Assembly (NCBI GenBank): GCA_963783375.1
Contig: CAWANH010000029.1
Coordinates: 1,120,001-1,184,000, forward strand
Direction of reading: 5' to 3'
DNA length: 64,000 nt
From: Candidatus Eiseniibacteriota bacterium
GTDB lineage: Bacteria; Eisenbacteria; RBG-16-71-46; JABDJR01
Shown: positions 58,883 through 64,000 of the stretch, one piece after another
Numbering within the stretch: position 1 is the first letter of the stretch
Layout of the letters: each line of letters begins with the position of its first letter
Made by a program: the position numbers and the translations under genes
Notes under the pieces: model-generated
Database searches by the model: none
Told to the model about the DNA's origin: nothing
What the model saw: only the letters and a program-made list of their open reading frames with translations

Positions 58883-60628
58883 TCAACGGCCCAGAACGGC
58901 GGCCGACCCTCCCGGAAGTAACATCGTGTTTCCCTCCACCGAGATTCCCTCGTCGGAGGCCAGGAGCACGGCGCGGGGGCGATCGGGGGCGACCGGGATC
59001 CGCGCCGGGGCCTCGGAAAGGTTGGCGCAGATCGTTACCGGTCCCCGCTCCATCCGGATCCAGCCCGCCCCCGCGTCGAACTCCACCCGAACCGCTCCGC
59101 GGTCCCCGTCGGTGAGGGCGGGATGGGCGCGCCGAATCCGGAGCAGATCGCGATACCAGGCCAGCGTGGAACGGTGGGGCTCGCGGTCAGGCTCGGCCCA
59201 GTCGAGGCGGGAGCGTTCGAAAGTCGCCGGGTCCTGGGGATCGGGCACCTCCTCCGGCGCCCAGCCGAAGGCCGCGAACTCCCGGCGCCGGCCGTCGCGC
59301 ACCGCTTCGGCCAGGGCCGGGTCCCGATGGTCGGTGAAGTACTGGAAGGGGGCGGTGGCTCCCCATTCCTCGCCCTGGAAGAGCATGGGAACGAAGGGGG
59401 CGCAGAGCACCACCGCCGCCGCCGCCCGCACCCGGCCCGGGCTCACGAGATGGCCGATCCGTTCCCCCCGGGCGCGGTTTCCCACCTGGTCGTGGGTCTG
59501 GAGATAGCCCAGGAACCGGTTGCCGGAGAGCCCGGTCGCCGGCCGACCGTGGCGGCGTCGGCGGAAGGCGGAGTAGCGTCCGTCGTAGACGTAGGCGTCG
59601 GTCAGCGCCTTGGCCACGTCTCCCAGGCCCTCGAAGTCCTCGTAGTAGCCGCTGCGTTCCCCGGTCAGGGCCACGTGGAGGGCGTGATGGAGATCGTCCG
59701 ACCACTGGGCGTCGATGCCGTAGCCGCCGTGCTCCCGGGGGCGCACGATCCGCGGATCGTTGAGGTTGCTTTCGGCGATCAGCACCCGGGAACGGCCGGT
59801 CTCGCGCTCCAGCGCATCCACCTCGGCCGCCAGCTGCTCCAGGATGTGCACCGCCGAGGTGTCCACGATGGCGTGGACGGCGTCGATCCGGAGCCCGTCC
59901 AGGTGATAGTCCCGCAGCCACATGAGCGCGTTGTCGCAGAAGAACCGGCGCACCTCGTCGCTATCGGAACCGTCCAGGTTCACCGCGTCTCCCCAGGGAG
60001 TGCGGTAGCGGTCGGTGAAGTACGGGCCGAACCGGCCCAGGTAATTCCCCTCCGGGCCGAGGTGGTTGTAGACCACGTCCAGGAGCACGGCGAGGCCCCG
60101 GGCGTGGCCGGCGTCCACCAGGCGTTTGAGCCCGTCGGGACCGCCGTAGGCCTCGTGGGGAGCGAAGAGGTTCACCCCGTCGTAGCCCCAGCCGCGGGTT
60201 CCGGAGAACCCGTTCACCGGCATCAGCCCGAGGTGGGTGATCCCCAGGTCCTTCAGGTGATCCAGGCGCGCCGTGACCCCGTCGAACGTCCCCTCCGGCG
60301 AGAACGTCCCCACGTGGAGTTCGTACACCGAGGCCCCGGCGAAGGGTTCGGGTACGAACCCCGCGTCGGTCCAGGCGAACGCCGCGTGATCCACCGTTTG
60401 CGAGGGACCGTGGACTCCGCGGGGCTGGCGCGGGGAGCGGGGATCGGGAAGCGGCGCCCCCCCGTCGAGAGAGAAGGCGTATTCGGTTCCGGGAGGGACG
60501 GCGGCCGCCGCCGCCCACCATCCCCCGCCGGTCCGTTCCATGTCGAGCCGCCGCTCCCCCAGCGCGAGAGCCACCGCGTCCGCGCGGGGGGCCCAGACCC
60601 GGATCGGCTCGATCGCGCGGTCCGTCAT
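58883..60628 (-). CDS. treZ: Malto-oligosyltrehalose trehalohydrolase (GH13)
   Basis: YELHVGTF, WGYDGV, DVVYNHLGPEGNYL, GLRIDAVHAI, QTHDQVGNR and LFQGEEW motifs. Confidence 0.95.
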   Translation of the reverse strand: MTDRAIEPIRVWAPRADAVALALGERRLDMERTGGGWWAAAAAVPPGTEYAFSLDGGAPLPDPRSPRQPRGVHGPSQTVDHAAFAWTDAGFVPEPFAGASVYELHVGTFSPEGTFDGVTARLDHLKDLGITHLGLMPVNGFSGTRGWGYDGVNLFAPHEAYGGPDGLKRLVDAGHARGLAVLLDVVYNHLGPEGNYLGRFGPYFTDRYRTPWGDAVNLDGSDSDEVRRFFCDNALMWLRDYHLDGLRIDAVHAIVDTSAVHILEQLAAEVDALERETGRSRVLIAESNLNDPRIVRPREHGGYGIDAQWSDDLHHALHVALTGERSGYYEDFEGLGDVAKALTDAYVYDGRYSAFRRRRHGRPATGLSGNRFLGYLQTHDQVGNRARGERIGHLVSPGRVRAAAAVVLCAPFVPMLFQGEEWGATAPFQYFTDHRDPALAEAVRDGRRREFAAFGWAPEEVPDPQDPATFERSRLDWAEPDREPHRSTLAWYRDLLRIRRAHPALTDGDRGAVRVEFDAGAGWIRMERGPVTICANLSEAPARIPVAPDRPRAVLLASDEGISVEGNTMLLPGGSAAVLGR

Positions 60629-60671
60629 GGTGCAATCCGTCCCCGGCGGAACCGGCGGCGCCCCGAACCCA

Positions 60672-63321
60672 TCATTCCGCCCGAACCAGGAGGGCGACCG
60701 GGAACCGGGAGAGAAGATCCTCGACCGGACGCGCGCCGCCGGAAACCGCATCGCCGGTGAGAACGTTCCGCCAGCTTCCCTCGGGAAGCTCGACCGCCGC
60801 GTGGGCCCACACCGCCCCGAGCCGGACGCTCTGCCGCGGGACCAGGGTGGCCGCGGCCTCGGCCCGAATGTAGGCCACCGCGTGGTCGGCACGGGCGCCC
60901 GCCACGTCCAGTCGCCGGTAGCCTGCCTGGTCTCCGAACCACTCGGGGTGCTCTCCGCGAACTTCCAGGGCGCGCCGGATCACCCAGAGCTTGGGGAGCC
61001 CCTCGTCCATCCGGGCGAGGACCGCTTCAGGGTCGAGCCCCTCCAGTTCGGCCAGAAGCCGCCGCCGGAGCTCGAAGTCCACCGGGCGCCGGTTGTCGGG
61101 ATCGACCAGGCTCAGGTCCCAGAGCTCGGATCCCTGGTAGAAGTCCGGCACCCCGGGGGCGGTGAGCTTGACGAGGATCTGGGCCAGGGAGTTCACGCGC
61201 CCCGCTTCCACCACCGGCGGGAGGAAGGCCTGGAGATCGGACCGGAAGACCTCGTCCTCCAGCGCCCCGCGAACGAAGGCGAGGAGGGCCTCCTCGTAGG
61301 CGGGATCGGGGCGGCCCCATGAGGTGTGGACCTTGGCCTCGCGCACCGCCTTCTGCATGGCCGCCCCCGCCCGTTCCACGTCGAGGGGCCACGCCCCCAC
61401 CAGGGTCTGGTAGAAGAGGTACTCGGCGTTCCGGTCGGGAAAGTCCCCCCGGCGATGGCGTTCGTTGTGCTCCGACCACCGGCGGACCGCGGCCGTCCAG
61501 CGATCCGGAATCTCCGAGAGCACGGCAAGGCGAGCGCGTACGTCCTCGCTCCGCTTGGTATCGTGGGTCGAGGTGGCGAGCATGGCCCGGGGGCGAGTGG
61601 CCGAGGCCTCGGAGAGGGCGGCATGGAACTCGTCCAACCCCAGGCCGAACCGGCTGGGATCCCCCCCACCTCGTTCAGGGCCACGAAGCGGTTGTAGGAG
61701 TAGAACGCGGTGTCCTCCACCCCCTTGGCCGCGACCGGTCCGGTGAGCTGCTGGAAGCGCATGACCAGCTCCCCTTCCGGATCGCCCCGATGGGTGAGGA
61801 GCAGGATGTCGCGGAGGAAGTCGAACAGCTCGGGATCGAGATCGGGACAGCGGGTCCGGGCCGCGTCCAGGGCGTCGCGCACCATCCGCGCGTCCTCCTC
61901 CCGGATCTCGCCTGCCTGGGCCCGGACGTAGGTGCGATAGACGGGAAAGCTGGCCAGGGCCTGGCGCAGGGCCTCGTGGACCTCGGGGCGGGTGTAGTCC
62001 CGGTAGCGCCGGTGCTGCTCACAGACCCGGAGAAGCAGGTGGGTGAGCCGGTTGAGATCGCTACCCAGGATCTCGTCCATCACCTGGAGCTTCTTCTCCA
62101 GCTCGAGGGCGGGGTAGTCGGAGGGCGCTCCGGTGAACTCCTCGTAGAATCGGGTCAGGGGAGCTTCCCCCGCCGGGTCCACCAGGAGCCCGTTCACCGC
62201 GTTCAGGAAGTCGTAGCCGGTGGTGCCGGCCACCGGCCACCGGGGGGGAGCGTCTCCCCCGCCCCCAGGATCTTCTCCACCACGATCCATGCCTCGGGAG
62301 CCGCTTCCCGCAACCGGCGGAGGTAGCGGCCGGGGTCGCGAAGCCCGTCCGGATGATCGATCCGCAGCCCGTCCGCGGCGCCCTGGGCGAGCCAGTCCAG
62401 GATGAGCCGGTGAGTGTCCTCGAACACCGTCTCGTCCTCCACCCGGAGGGCGATCAGGGTGTTGATGTCGAAGAACCGTCGATAGCCCAGATCGCTCCGC
62501 GCGGTCCGCCAGTAAGCCAGGCGATAGTTCTGCCGCTCCAGGAACGCGTCCATGGCGTCCGGATAGGCGTTCATCTCCTCCACCAGCTCGTCCACCGCGG
62601 CCGCGGTCTCCGGCTGCTCGTCCAGGAGCCGGGCGAGCTGCTTCCGGATCACTTCCTTGTCCCGATGCCGGCGGAGCACGCTCTCCCGATCCACCGCGGT
62701 GGGCAGGGGGAGCCGCTCCAGGGAATCGGCGATGAAGGCCAAGTCGTCCGAGCCGACCCGGGCCCCCGCGCGGGCGGCGATCCCGTCCAGGGACCGCGGG
62801 GCGGCCGGAAGCAGGTGATCGTAGTAGCGGACCAGGAACGTCCCCTCCCGGCGTTCCAGCCGGATCTCCTTCGACTCCACCACGCGTCCGTAGTGATCGC
62901 CCAGGATGGGAATGAGCACCTTGTTGGCCGGCCGGGCTTCGGGGGTCTCCCATTCCACGTCGAAGTAGGCGGCATACCGGCTCGAGGGGCCGTTCTCCAG
63001 CACGTCCCACCACCAGGTGTTCTCGGGGCCGGTGATGGCCATGTGGTTGGGAACCACGTCGAGAATCTGCCCCAGGCCGTGGGCCTCGAGGGCGGCGAGG
63101 AGCCGCGCGTGCCCCTCGGCGCCCCCCAGCTCCTCGTTCACCTTCCCCGGATCCACCACGTCGTAGCCGTGGGTGCTTCCCGGCGCGGCCTGGAGATAGG
63201 GGGAGGCGTAGAGGTGGCTCACCCCGAGGGCGACCAGGTAGTCGGCCGCGGCGGCCGCCCGGTCGAAACCGAATCCCGCGTGCAGCTGAAGACGATAGGT
63301 GGCTCGGAGATTGCGGTCCAT
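60672..63321 (-). CDS. treY: Malto-oligosyltrehalose synthase (GH13), split by two homopolymer frameshifts
   Basis: ATYRLQ, GSTHGYDV, DVVPNH, YRRFFD, GLRIDHPDGL, EKIL / GTTGYDF, AKGVEDTAFY, LNEVGG / STHDTKRSEDVR, SLVDPDNRRPVD; one base missing in each 7-mer run at 62242-62248 and 61661-61667. Confidence 0.93.
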
Positions 63322-63322
63322 G

Positions 63323-64000
63323 TCACTCGGTCCGGCGGAGGAGAACGACGGAGCGGTCCCGGACCCGGATCATCCCGCCCGAGGTGAGAACATCCCCCTC
63401 CCTCTCTCCGGCCGCGTCGTCGGTGTCGAACTCGATAACCCAGTGTGTCCCCCACTCGGGCCCGGGGAGGGTGAAGTCCAGGGGTTCGTAATGGCCGTTC
63501 AGGAGCAGGTAGAAGCTGTCGTCCGTCACCCGCTCCCCGCGCTCGTCCGGGCTCCAGATTCCCTCGCCGTTCAGGAACACACCCAGGGACTTGGCATAGC
63601 CCTCTCCCCAGTGGTCCTCCTCCATCTCCGTGCCGTCGGGGGTGAACCAGCCGATGTCGTGGACGTCGCTCCCGTGGATGGCCCGCCCCAGGAACCACTT
63701 CCGCCGGCGGAGGACGGGATGTTCGATCCGGAGCCGGATCAACTGCCGGGTGAACTCCAGGAGTCCCCGGTCGGTGTGCTCCCAGTCCAGCCACGAGATC
63801 TCGTTGTCCTGGCAGTACGCGTTGTTGTTGCCGCCCTGGGTGCGGCCGATCTCGTCCCCGCCAAGGAGCATCGGCACCCCCTGGGAGAGGAAGAGCGTGG
63901 CCAGGAAATTGCGGCGCTGACGGGCCCGGAGCTCGAGCACGGCCGGGTCGTCGGTAGGGCCCTCCACCCCGCAATTCCAGGACCGGTTATGGCTCTCTCC
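63323..64000 (-). CDS. glgX: Glycogen debranching enzyme (5'-truncated by the window end)
   Basis: NRSWNCGVEG, LSQGVPMLLGGDE, RTQGGNNNAYCQDNE and W.TPDG motifs. Confidence 0.93.
   Translation of the reverse strand, partial: GESHNRSWNCGVEGPTDDPAVLELRARQRRNFLATLFLSQGVPMLLGGDEIGRTQGGNNNAYCQDNEISWLDWEHTDRGLLEFTRQLIRLRIEHPVLRRRKWFLGRAIHGSDVHDIGWFTPDGTEMEEDHWGEGYAKSLGVFLNGEGIWSPDERGERVTDDSFYLLLNGHYEPLDFTLPGPEWGTHWVIEFDTDDAAGEREGDVLTSGGMIRVRDRSVVLLRRTE

Overview
GC-rich bacterial chromosomal window. Four secreted proteins with FlgD-Ig/T9SS-like C-terminal domains suggest an FCB-related candidate lineage (inference only). The routine content is peptide scavenging (two S9 peptidases, a POT transporter, an M20 peptidase, a C25 gingipain-like and an S8 protease), GTP-PEPCK, an SGNH-NodU-SxtJ-DUF5989 cluster and glgX-treY-treZ. 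Five less ordinary elements stand out. (1) A signalling locus at 35.2-44.5 kb has an FHA reader, a HEAT-repeat Ser/Thr kinase, two PilT ATPases with no other pilus genes in the window, a GAF-HD-GYP protein and a membrane HD-GYP-PP2C phosphatase; its three transcription units are each preceded by sigma-28-type promoters. (2) A ~1700-aa domain-reversed dikinase is translationally coupled to a MaeB homologue that has lost most malic-enzyme catalytic residues. (3) Two tRNA-Ser genes are each followed by a tandem array of 109/110-bp units that regenerate the tRNA 3' end and share a positioned GTCGT/CACGACA motif. (4) A hidden deiodinase-like lipoprotein has an in-frame UGA and a SECIS-like hairpin. 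(5) A ~200-nt multi-helix, double-pseudoknot RNA candidate lies at 2.83-3.03 kb. Six single-base frameshifts in four genes, three of them in C/G homopolymer runs, are probably long-read errors. All calls were made by eye; no database searches were run.
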